A DNA stretch of 64,000 bases from Verrucomicrobiota bacterium (lineage in GTDB: Bacteria > Verrucomicrobiota > Kiritimatiellia > JAAZAB01), in NCBI GenBank assembly GCA_018898455.1, contig JAHIJO010000014.1, positions 1,560 through 65,559 on the forward strand, read 5' to 3'. The notes beneath the pieces were generated by a model. It was not told where the DNA came from. It did no database searches and saw only the letters and a list, made by a program, of their open reading frames with translations. Within the stretch, counting starts at the first letter, position 1. Every line of letters begins with the position of its first letter. A program made the translations under genes and the position numbers. This document shows, piece after piece, positions 45,823 through 53,958 of the stretch.

Positions 45823-46758
45823 CTAGACATTGGCGTATTGGTTGCGCCGGATCACTTGATAGCCCTTGATGAGTTCCGCAATGCCCGTTTGCAGGCCGAC
45901 CTGCGGCTTATAGCCGGTGTGCTCAATTTTTTCGTTGCTGACGTTGTAATTCCGCTGATCTGGATCCACGCCAATCTTGGATTCCAGGATATGGAATTCA
46001 GGGACCTGTTTCTTGATTTCCAGACAAAGTTCCATCTTGGACAGATTGGCATCGCTGAGTCCCACGTTGTACGTCTCGTTGCGCATCGCATCGAAATGCT
46101 CGATGGCATGGATAAAGGCGCGCGCCACATCCCGGACGTGGATGTAATTACGCTTGAAATGGGCTTCGAAAAGAACCACAAACCGGTCCGTGACCGCGCG
46201 ATATGTAAAATCATTCACCAGCAGGTCCAGCCGCATACGGGGGCTGATCCCGAATGCGGTGGCCAGGCGCAGGGAAATGGCGTGGCCTGAATCCAGGAGA
46301 TATTTTTCCAGGTCCACTTTTAAGCGCCCGTACAGGGAAACAGGCCTCAAAGGCGTTTTTTCGGTGCAATACCCGCTCTTTTTTCCGATGCCGTACCCGC
46401 TGTTCGTGGTCGGGGAAACGATCATCTGACTTCGACTGCTCAACCCCGCCAGCAGTTTCACAGCCTCCAGGTTGATCGCTCGCGCTTCGATGGGTCGTTG
46501 TGCGCACACGGGAGCTCCCACAAGACAAGCCAGGGGAATCAGAACATCCGCTTTCCGTAGATGACTTTTTAGAAGAGCCTTGTCCCGCGCGTCACCGCGA
46601 ATAATGGTCAGGCGGGGCTGATGACAGCAATCCAGCAGTGAGGTCTGGCCATACAGGAAATTATCAATGACGGTGACCGCGTGTCCGTCAATTAAAAGCA
46701 TGGGAACCAGGACAGATCCGATATAGCCGGCGCCGCCGGTCACGAGAATGTTCATCAT
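45823..46758 (-). CDS. NAD-dependent epimerase/dehydratase (SDR)
   Basis: TGGAGYIG, TTNSGYG, YGRLK and SPRMRLDLLVNDF motifs; AGGAGG RBS. Confidence 0.9.
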   Translation of the reverse strand: MMNILVTGGAGYIGSVLVPMLLIDGHAVTVIDNFLYGQTSLLDCCHQPRLTIIRGDARDKALLKSHLRKADVLIPLACLVGAPVCAQRPIEARAINLEAVKLLAGLSSRSQMIVSPTTNSGYGIGKKSGYCTEKTPLRPVSLYGRLKVDLEKYLLDSGHAISLRLATAFGISPRMRLDLLVNDFTYRAVTDRFVVLFEAHFKRNYIHVRDVARAFIHAIEHFDAMRNETYNVGLSDANLSKMELCLEIKKQVPEFHILESKIGVDPDQRNYNVSNEKIEHTGYKPQVGLQTGIAELIKGYQVIRRNQYANV

Positions 46759-46778
46759 GGGGCCTCCTAATGGGCGTT

Positions 46779-46807
46779 ACACTATCGGGTATCAAGACGG
46801 ATGTCAA
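46779..46807 (-). promoter_or_regulatory. sigma70-type promoter of the leftward glycan operon
   Basis: Minus strand TTGACA-17 nt-TAGTGT upstream of AGGAGG and the ATG at 46758. Confidence 0.6.
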
Positions 46808-46823
46808 CAGCCGGTTTAGCGAA

Positions 46824-46852
46824 TTGACATTAACGGGCTCCGGGCATATGCT
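46824..46852 (+). promoter_or_regulatory. sigma70-type promoter, probable leaderless transcript
   Basis: TTGACA-17 nt-TATGCT, 6 nt before the ATG at 46859, no SD sequence. Confidence 0.65.
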
Positions 46853-46858
46853 TGCAAC

Positions 46859-49141
46859 ATGAAAAAGACAGGCATGGTGCGGGTGGCGGGGCTGGGGTTG
46901 GGCTTGGTCATGGCGTGTTGTGTTGGGTGTCGGGAATGGTTTCCCCGGCGTGTCGTCACATGGGCGGATTTGGTCAAACAGCTGGGTGATTTCGATCGTA
47001 TCGCCCGGTTGGATGTTCCCTCCTCCTTGATCATTACATCCTTTGACCCCAAGGGCGGTAATGACGATTATAACAACTTCGTGCGGAAAAGCAAAACGCC
47101 CGGGTGGGTCGTGCTGGCTGATTTGAAAGGGCCGGGCTATATGTCCCGGTTCTGGTTCACGGGGGCGGGTGGTGAGCGCCCTCTTCGATTCTACTTTGAC
47201 GGCGAAAAAAAACCGAGAATTGAAACTACCCTCGACGAGTTTTGCGCAAAAAATGGGCCATTTTTCCCGATTCTGGCGGGTAATGAGAATATTTGCTGGT
47301 ATTCTTTTGTTCCTATTCCCTATCACAACCGATTGATCATCGAAGCCAAAGAGGGGGGGGATCAACCGGGTGGCTGGCCGAGGCTGTTCTACCAGGTCAA
47401 TTATGCCTCCCTGCCACCGGGACAAACCGTCGCCAGTTTCCCCGCCGCATTATCAGCCGAGGATCTTGCCCTGCTCCAAAAAATCCGTGATCGCTGGAAG
47501 GCGTTTTCCACAGAACGTCCGTTGCCGGGTCCGGTATCGGCTGAAACCAACGTCCTGTTAAAGGCGGGTATGGCATTGGATTTGTTTCAGATACCGGGTC
47601 CCGCCCTGCTCCGTTCGCTTTGGATTCAGCCCGACTTTGATGCGATCACGGCGTCGGCCTTGGCCCGGGAAAATATTCTAAGAGAAGTGGTGCTTCGCAT
47701 TCGATGGAACCGTTTGCCAGCCGCCAGCGTGGAGGTGCCCTTGGGCGATTTCTTCGGGAGTTGCTGGCAGAGATCCCGGTATCAATGTCTCTACTTCGGC
47801 TTGACGAATGACACGTTGATCAGCCGCTTTCCGATGCCGTTCGAAGCGTCCGCCCGAATCAGCCTTGAGAATCAGGGAACTCAGACGATTGCCCTGAAAG
47901 CGGGCGTTGGATTTGAACCGCTGAAGCAGTGGGACCCCGCCTGGGGATATTTCCATAGCGGCTGGCATCGGACCGGTCCGGAAGATTTGGGTAAGCCGCA
48001 TCCGGTTCTGCGAGCGAAAGGCAGGGGGAAATACGTGGGCTGTATCATGGCCGTGTCCAGCGCCGACCGCAGTTACTGGATGTTGGAAGGGGATGAGACC
48101 ATTCGGAAAGATAACGAGGAGATGCCGGCGTGGCGCGGCACCGGGCTTGAAGATTATTTCAACGGAGGCTGGTATTATCGCAATGTCCTGATTCGTCCGC
48201 TTCATGGGCTTCCATTCAAGGTTCCCTTTCGCACCGTGCAATACAGCTTGCATTTGATGAATCCGACGCTGTTCCGGTCCTCTCTTGACATGGTGTTTGA
48301 ACGCGGTCCCGACCATGCCAGCCGCGGATGGATGGAAAGCGTGGCCTTTTATTATATGGCCCAACCATGCCAGGCGTTTGCGCGGCTGGGCGCGCCGGCT
48401 GAAAGACTGGCGCCGATCGAAGACTTGGCCCGCATGACTCTCATGACGGAACTATGGAATTGCGAGCGGCTTGGCGATTTCAAAGGAGCCAATGACTATC
48501 TTGACCGTTACCTGGAACGCTATCCCGATTTTCCGTTTGCGGGAGTCTTACGATTACGTCAATTGGCTTATGCTGAACGGGAAAAAGGATTTGATACTGT
48601 GCGCCCAGCGTATGAACGAATTGTGGCGACGGAAACCAATGAGCTGGTACGTCAGTATGCCAACATCCTGTTGTGGTATCAGCAATCTTCATCCAATGCT
48701 CTCCTGATGGCTTTTGCCAACACGCGAACAAAGGTATATCTGGATGGAAGGGAGATCGGCGAATCAGGCGATCCGGAGCGCCTCATGGTATGGGGGCTTC
48801 AGGTGGGGTCCGGCAGGCATGTTCTGGCGATGCAGGCCCAGTGGAGGCAGTATCCGGACTGGAATCAGGCCATGCTCCGGACCCACCAGGGCGATGTGTT
48901 TACCACGATGGATTGGAAGAATGCCATCAATCCGACGCCCGGCTGGCTTTCTCCTGACTATGACGACCGGTCATGGAAATCGGCGGGAACATGCAAAGGG
49001 CCTCCGGATGAACCTTATGTCTGGGTGATGCCGGATCCATTGGTGGATGTGCAGTCAAAAGCCGTTGGCTTGAGTCCCGGCAGTGAATGGCCGGACCATC
49101 GGGGGATGATCGTGTATCGCAAAGTGTTTGATTTGCCCTAG
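46859..49141 (+). CDS. DUF2961 / glycoside hydrolase family 172-like exported protein
   Basis: Signal/lipobox CVGC; GPGYMSRFWFT, PLGDFFG, FPMPF, LEGDE and GTGLEDYFNGGW motifs. Confidence 0.8.
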   Translation: MKKTGMVRVAGLGLGLVMACCVGCREWFPRRVVTWADLVKQLGDFDRIARLDVPSSLIITSFDPKGGNDDYNNFVRKSKTPGWVVLADLKGPGYMSRFWFTGAGGERPLRFYFDGEKKPRIETTLDEFCAKNGPFFPILAGNENICWYSFVPIPYHNRLIIEAKEGGDQPGGWPRLFYQVNYASLPPGQTVASFPAALSAEDLALLQKIRDRWKAFSTERPLPGPVSAETNVLLKAGMALDLFQIPGPALLRSLWIQPDFDAITASALARENILREVVLRIRWNRLPAASVEVPLGDFFGSCWQRSRYQCLYFGLTNDTLISRFPMPFEASARISLENQGTQTIALKAGVGFEPLKQWDPAWGYFHSGWHRTGPEDLGKPHPVLRAKGRGKYVGCIMAVSSADRSYWMLEGDETIRKDNEEMPAWRGTGLEDYFNGGWYYRNVLIRPLHGLPFKVPFRTVQYSLHLMNPTLFRSSLDMVFERGPDHASRGWMESVAFYYMAQPCQAFARLGAPAERLAPIEDLARMTLMTELWNCERLGDFKGANDYLDRYLERYPDFPFAGVLRLRQLAYAEREKGFDTVRPAYERIVATETNELVRQYANILLWYQQSSSNALLMAFANTRTKVYLDGREIGESGDPERLMVWGLQVGSGRHVLAMQAQWRQYPDWNQAMLRTHQGDVFTTMDWKNAINPTPGWLSPDYDDRSWKSAGTCKGPPDEPYVWVMPDPLVDVQSKAVGLSPGSEWPDHRGMIVYRKVFDLP

Positions 49142-49224
49142 CAGCCTGTCGGGCTTAAGCCCTCCAGTCTGCTTCAACAAGGAGGATGGCGGACGTGGCG
49201 AAGCCAAAGTCCGACAGCCTCCTA
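49139..49224. mobile_element. 86-bp MITE-like element with 18-bp imperfect terminal inverted repeats
   Basis: TAGCAGCCTGTCGGGCTT / AAGTCCGACAGCCTCCTA (15/18); its first 3 nt are the stop codon of the upstream gene. Confidence 0.55.
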
Positions 49225-49247
49225 ACTTGATTGTATGGTGCTGACGT

Positions 49248-49336
49248 CGCATCGGCAGAGCGCGGCGTGTCTGCGACGGGGCATAGCCCCACACAGGCTA
49301 TGTCCTCGCGCACAGAACGCGGCTCTGCCGGATGCG
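49248..49336. repeat. Long imperfect hairpin upstream of prfB
   Basis: CGCATC.GGCAGAG.CGCG...GGGGCATAGCC-loop-GGCTATGTCCT...CGCG.GCTCTGCC.GATGCG. Confidence 0.6.
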
Positions 49337-49368
49337 CTGCTGCATCCTTTTGTGAAAGGACGTTCCCT

Positions 49369-50521
49369 ATGCCCGATGATCTCAAAGAACGAGTCAAGCG
49401 TTTCGAAGTCCATGTCTTGGAGATGCGGGGGTATCTTTGACGTCGCCAGCCGCGAAAAGGTACTGGCAGAGCTGGAGGTTCGGATGGCCGCCGCCGATTT
49501 CTGGAACAATCAGACCGCTGCCAGGGGAATCATTGACCAAGCGAATGCCCAGCGGGCGGTGCTGAATCCGTTCAAGGTTCTTCAGTCCGGTCTTGACGAT
49601 AACCGAACCCTCTTGGAACTGGCGGAATCCGAGCCCGATGAAGCCCAGCGGCAAAGCACGTGGGATATGATTGCACAGGATCTGGGCCGGCTGGAAACCG
49701 CGTTCCGGAAGCTGGAAATCGAATCGCTGTTCGATGGACGACTGGACCGGCATAATGCCTTCTTGAGCCTGCATGCCGGAGCCGGCGGCACTGAAGCCTG
49801 CGATTGGACTGAAATGTTGTACCGCATGTATCGCCGGTATTGTGAAGAGCATGGGTTTGAAGTCAGCCTGTTGGATATTCTGCCCGGCGAAGAAGCGGGT
49901 CTGAAGAACGTAACGTTCGCCGTGACCGGCGATTGTGCCTATGGCTACCTGTCGGCGGAACGCGGTGTGCATCGCCTGGTGAGAATCAGCCCGTTTGACA
50001 CGAACAAGCGGCGCCATACCTCGTTTGCCTCGCTGGATGTCGTTGCGGAGCTTGACGATGATGCCGAGGTTGAAATCAAGGATGACGATCTGCGGGTGGA
50101 TACCTACCGGTCGGGGGGGGCCGGCGGCCAGCATGTCAATAAGACGGATTCGGCGGTGCGGCTGACCCATCTGCCCACGGGAATTGTCGTGGCCTGTCAG
50201 ACCGAGCGGTCCCAGCATGCGAACCGGACCCGCGCCTTGAAGCTCCTGCGCGCCCGACTCTATGAATGGACGCAGGATCAGAAACGCCGCGAGATGGAAA
50301 AGTTTTATGGGGAGAAGGGCGAAATTGCCTGGGGCCGGCAAATCCGATCCTATGTGCTCCAGCCCTATACCATGGCCAAGGATCATCGGACCGACGTGGA
50401 GATCGGCAATGTCATGGGAGTCCTGGAGGGTCATCTGGATCCGTTCATTGAGGCTTACTTGAAGTTCAAGCGGAGTTCGGCGACAGTGGAGAGCAAGCCG
50501 TCCAGTGGAATACTGGAATGA
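49369..50521 (+). CDS. prfB: Peptide chain release factor 2 with a programmed +1 frameshift
   Basis: MPDDLKERV...RGYL, then GGGGGT-AT-CTT-TGA-C (CTT 49435-49437) shifting into a frame with SPF and GGQ motifs. Confidence 0.97.
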
Positions 50522-50630
50522 TGGGGTAATGGATTGAAAATTAAGCCATAGCTGGTATAAAACCGACTCTACCAGCATGATGCATCAGGAGGTAGAGCAG
50601 GCTTTACGCCTGCTATTTTCAGGAGACTTG

Positions 50631-51515
50631 ATGGCAATTCACAGCATGACGGGATTTGGACGGGGGACAGCGGCTGCCCGGGGCATCCGGGTGATGGTGG
50701 AATTGAAGTCCGTCAACCATCGGCAGTTTGACTGCCGCATTGACCTGCCGCCGCCGCTGGGAGAGTGGGAGGTCGCCGTCCGCGAACAAATTCATGAATC
50801 CATTGCCCGCGGTTCCATCGCGTGCAAGGTTGTGTTGGATGTCTCACCGGTAATTCGAAGGCAATCGGCAACGGTGGATGAGGCGCTGGCCCGGGCCTAC
50901 CTGGCCCGCTTGCGGCAAATCGCCGGCCGGCTTGGCCTGAAAGATGACCTGAGTTCCGCATCCCTGCTGAATCTGCCGGGAGTGGTTAGTTTTGAAAGCC
51001 CGGCGGCCGGCTTTCGATCCTGCCGCACGCTGATCCGGATCGGTTTGAACAAAGCCATCAAGGCTCTCAATGCCATGCGGGAGCGGGAAGGCCGGACGCT
51101 GGGGCGCGATATTGCCGACCGACTTAAGCGCCTGCAGGCGCTTATGCTTCGAATCGAACGCCGGGCGCCGGGTGTTGCCCCATATTACCGTCAGGCGCTC
51201 TTGAAACGCATTCACGAGGCCGGCCTGAATGTCAATGCCGAGGATCCGCGTTTGTTGAAGGAAATTGCCTTGTATGCCGATCGTTCGGATATTTCAGAAG
51301 AAATTACGCGGTTGCGCAGTCACTTCCAGCAATGCGTTGCCGTGATTGCAACGGGAGAATTGGCGGGACGCCCGCTGGATTTCCTGGTCCAGGAACTGTT
51401 TCGCGAAATCAACACCATCGGCTCCAAGGCCAATGACCGGGTGATCGCTTCTGAAGTGATCCGGTTCAAGGCGGAATTGGAACGCATCCGGGAACAGGTG
51501 CAGAATATCGCATGA
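50631..51515 (+). CDS. yicC: YicC/YloC family endoribonuclease
   Basis: SMTGFGR, KSVNHR, DISEEITRL.SH, REINTIGSK and REQVQNI motifs; AGGAG RBS. Confidence 0.93.
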   Translation: MAIHSMTGFGRGTAAARGIRVMVELKSVNHRQFDCRIDLPPPLGEWEVAVREQIHESIARGSIACKVVLDVSPVIRRQSATVDEALARAYLARLRQIAGRLGLKDDLSSASLLNLPGVVSFESPAAGFRSCRTLIRIGLNKAIKALNAMREREGRTLGRDIADRLKRLQALMLRIERRAPGVAPYYRQALLKRIHEAGLNVNAEDPRLLKEIALYADRSDISEEITRLRSHFQQCVAVIATGELAGRPLDFLVQELFREINTIGSKANDRVIASEVIRFKAELERIREQVQNIA

Positions 51516-52120
51516 TCTCACGGCCCCAGAGACCGCTATGCATCGTTATCTCCTCGCCGTCCGGCGGAGGCAAAACCACGTTGTGCGGCCGATTATTGCG
51601 CGAGTTTCCGTCCATGGTGTATTCCATCTCCTGCACGACGCGCGCCCCGCGGCCGGGAGAGGTCGAGGGGGAAAATTACTATTTTTTGGCGGAGCCGGAA
51701 TTTCAGCGCCGAGTCAAGGCGGGAGACTTTATCGAGTATGCGCAGGTGCATGCCCACTGGTATGGTACGCCGAAACAACGCATTGAAAAGGCCTTGAATG
51801 AGGGGCGGGATGCCTTGCTGGCCATTGATGTGCAGGGCGCCGAACGCATTCGGACCTTGATTTCCGGGCCGGTCTCGGATATCCTTAAAACTGCGTTGGT
51901 GGATATTTTCGTTGTTCCGCCGAGCATCAATGTCTTGCAGCAGCGGCTGGATGGGCGTGGCCAGGACACGGAGGAAACGATTGCCCTGCGGCTTGCCAAC
52001 GCGGAAAAGGAAATGGCCTGCCGGGATCGGTACAAGTATGTGATTGTCAATGACCGGCTGGACGATGCCTTTGAACGTCTTAAGGTCATTATCGAGGCCG
52101 AACATCGTCGGGTGGTGTAA
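51512..52120 (+). CDS. gmk: Guanylate kinase
   Basis: SPSGGGKTT, SCTTRAPRPGE, YGTP and IDVQGA motifs. Confidence 0.96.
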   Translation: MISRPQRPLCIVISSPSGGGKTTLCGRLLREFPSMVYSISCTTRAPRPGEVEGENYYFLAEPEFQRRVKAGDFIEYAQVHAHWYGTPKQRIEKALNEGRDALLAIDVQGAERIRTLISGPVSDILKTALVDIFVVPPSINVLQQRLDGRGQDTEETIALRLANAEKEMACRDRYKYVIVNDRLDDAFERLKVIIEAEHRRVV

Positions 52121-52123
52121 ATC

Positions 52124-52696
52124 ATGAAAACAAATCCGCACATTGTATTGGGAGTCACCGGGTCCATTGCGGCCTACAAGGCCGCGGAACTGGTTCGCCT
52201 GATGGTTAAAAAGGAATGGGATGTGTCGGTGATCATGACCGGGGCCGCAACCCGCTTTGTGAGTGAGTTGACGTTTCGAACGCTCTCCCGTCGACCGGTC
52301 GTTGTAGATATGTTTGAGGAAACCGACGCTTGGCGGCCCACGCATATTTCCCTGGCCGATCTGGCGGACGTGCTGGTGATTGCTCCCTGCACCGCCAATG
52401 TCATGGCCAAACTGGCGCAGGGCTTGGCGGATGACGCTCTGGCCGCGACGGCGCTGGCCTGCGCCGCGCCGCTGGTCATCGCTCCGGCCATGAATGATAA
52501 GATGTGGGATCATCCGGCAACCCGGGAGAATCTCCGTATTTTAAAGTCGCGCAAATCGGTCGTCGTGGACGTGGGGCAAGGCGACTTGGCCTGCGGCTGC
52601 GAGGGACGGGGCCGGATGGCGCCGGTGGAAGTCATCCTGGCGGCTGTGGAGAAGGCGCTGAAATCCAAAATAAGTACTAGATATTCGGCTAAATAA
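52124..52696 (+). CDS. coaC: Phosphopantothenoylcysteine decarboxylase (stand-alone)
   Basis: LGVTGSIAAYKA, APCTAN, APAMN and LACG..G.GRM motifs. Confidence 0.92.
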   Translation: MKTNPHIVLGVTGSIAAYKAAELVRLMVKKEWDVSVIMTGAATRFVSELTFRTLSRRPVVVDMFEETDAWRPTHISLADLADVLVIAPCTANVMAKLAQGLADDALAATALACAAPLVIAPAMNDKMWDHPATRENLRILKSRKSVVVDVGQGDLACGCEGRGRMAPVEVILAAVEKALKSKISTRYSAK

Positions 52697-52721
52697 TGGT
52701 ATCGGAAACACTAGAGCGACG

Positions 52722-52988
52722 TTGAAAACGATAATCCAACGGCTCAAGCTTGAACTCCGGGTTTATCGCCTGGTAATGAAGGATCAACGGACGCCGCGCC
52801 GGGCCAAGTGGTTTGTATGGCTGGCGCTGGCATACGTGGTTTCGCCGTTCGATCTCATTCCAGACTTCATCCCGGGCGTCGGTTGGCTGGATGAACTGGT
52901 TGTCGTACCGATCCTGCTGGGGCTGGCGCGAGTTTGGATCCCCGCTGAAGTTCTGGCCGATTGCCGGACGCGGGCGGAATGGATGTAA
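52722..52988 (+). CDS. DUF1232 / YkvA family membrane protein
   Basis: DQRTP..AK, YVVSPFDLIPDFIPGVGWLDE motifs. Confidence 0.85.
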   Translation: MKTIIQRLKLELRVYRLVMKDQRTPRRAKWFVWLALAYVVSPFDLIPDFIPGVGWLDELVVVPILLGLARVWIPAEVLADCRTRAEWM

Positions 52989-53001
52989 TAGAAAATTGTT
53001 A

Positions 53002-53159
53002 TGTAGGGGCTGAGCTCTTGTCACGCCGTAGTGCGCCACGGCGAACGAAGGGGGATGCTCAGCCCAGGGTTTTGAACCATAAAGACGGGTTCAACCACGT
53101 CGCCTCAAAACGAGGCAAGTGGTCCCTTGGCCGCTGACGGGACAAGCTGAACCCCTGCA
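53002..53159. repeat. GTAG-type REP doublet with a nested insertion
   Basis: TGTAGGGGCTGAGC[..]ATGCTCAGCCC ... GGGACAAGCTGAACCCCTGCA. Confidence 0.6.
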
Positions 53160-53203
53160 TTGATCCGGAAATCCGCCCCGCTTGGGGGCCTAAGAATTAA
53201 TTC

Positions 53204-53914
53204 ATGAAAATACTCGTGACAGCCGGGCCCACTCGCGAGCCCATTGATCCGGTTCGGTTCATCAGTAACCGCTCAAGCGGTAAGATGGGCTATGCCGTGG
53301 CAGGCGCCGCCGTGCGGTTGGGCCATGAAACAGTCTTGGTGTCCGGGCCGGTGGCGTTGACCCCGCCGGAAAAGGTGGAAGTGATTTCCGTTGTTACTGC
53401 CGAGGAAATGCTGGCTGCCGTCCAACAGCGCATCGGATGGTGTGATGCGCTGGTCATGGCGGCCGCCGTGTGCGATTGGCGGCCTCGCTCCCCCTGCCTT
53501 CAGAAAATCAAAAAATTGGAAATGTCCCGGGGTCTGCAATTGAAGGCAACGCCGGATATTCTCCGGATCGTGCGGTCCCGGAAGGAGAATCGGATCTTTG
53601 TCGGATTTGCCGCCGAGACCCGGGATGTGACCAAAGAAGCCCAACGTAAACTCGCTGAAAAAGGGCTCGATTTAATCGTGGCCAATGATGTCAGTCAGAA
53701 GGATGCCGGGTTTGAAGTGGATACCAACCGGGTCAAGCTTATTTCTGCCGATGGAAAGTGTGACAGCCTGCCATTGATGTCGAAGAATGAAGTGGCGGAG
53801 CGAATCATAAACTGGATTATGTCCAAAGATAAGAATTGTCCGCCAGACGCGGGTTCCGCCAAAGGACGGACAAGCTCGCCTCCGGCGGACATTTCTATAG
53901 ATGGGAAGCGGTGA
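53204..53914 (+). CDS. coaB: Phosphopantothenate--cysteine ligase (stand-alone)
   Basis: LVTAGPTREPIDPVRFISNRSSGKMG, AAAVCD, VGFAAET and IVANDV motifs. Confidence 0.93.
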   Translation: MKILVTAGPTREPIDPVRFISNRSSGKMGYAVAGAAVRLGHETVLVSGPVALTPPEKVEVISVVTAEEMLAAVQQRIGWCDALVMAAAVCDWRPRSPCLQKIKKLEMSRGLQLKATPDILRIVRSRKENRIFVGFAAETRDVTKEAQRKLAEKGLDLIVANDVSQKDAGFEVDTNRVKLISADGKCDSLPLMSKNEVAERIINWIMSKDKNCPPDAGSAKGRTSSPPADISIDGKR

Positions 53915-53958
53915 TCCCGCGCCTGCCCTGTTCCGGGCGGGGCCAAATTCCAGACGCC

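Noticed and set aside
49235-49440. ORF-track N-terminal extension of RF2 and the separate 69-aa ORF
   Set aside because: Both are explained by the programmed frameshift; the true start is ATG 49369.
49394-50578. 394-aa minus-strand ORF
   Set aside because: Antisense shadow of prfB.
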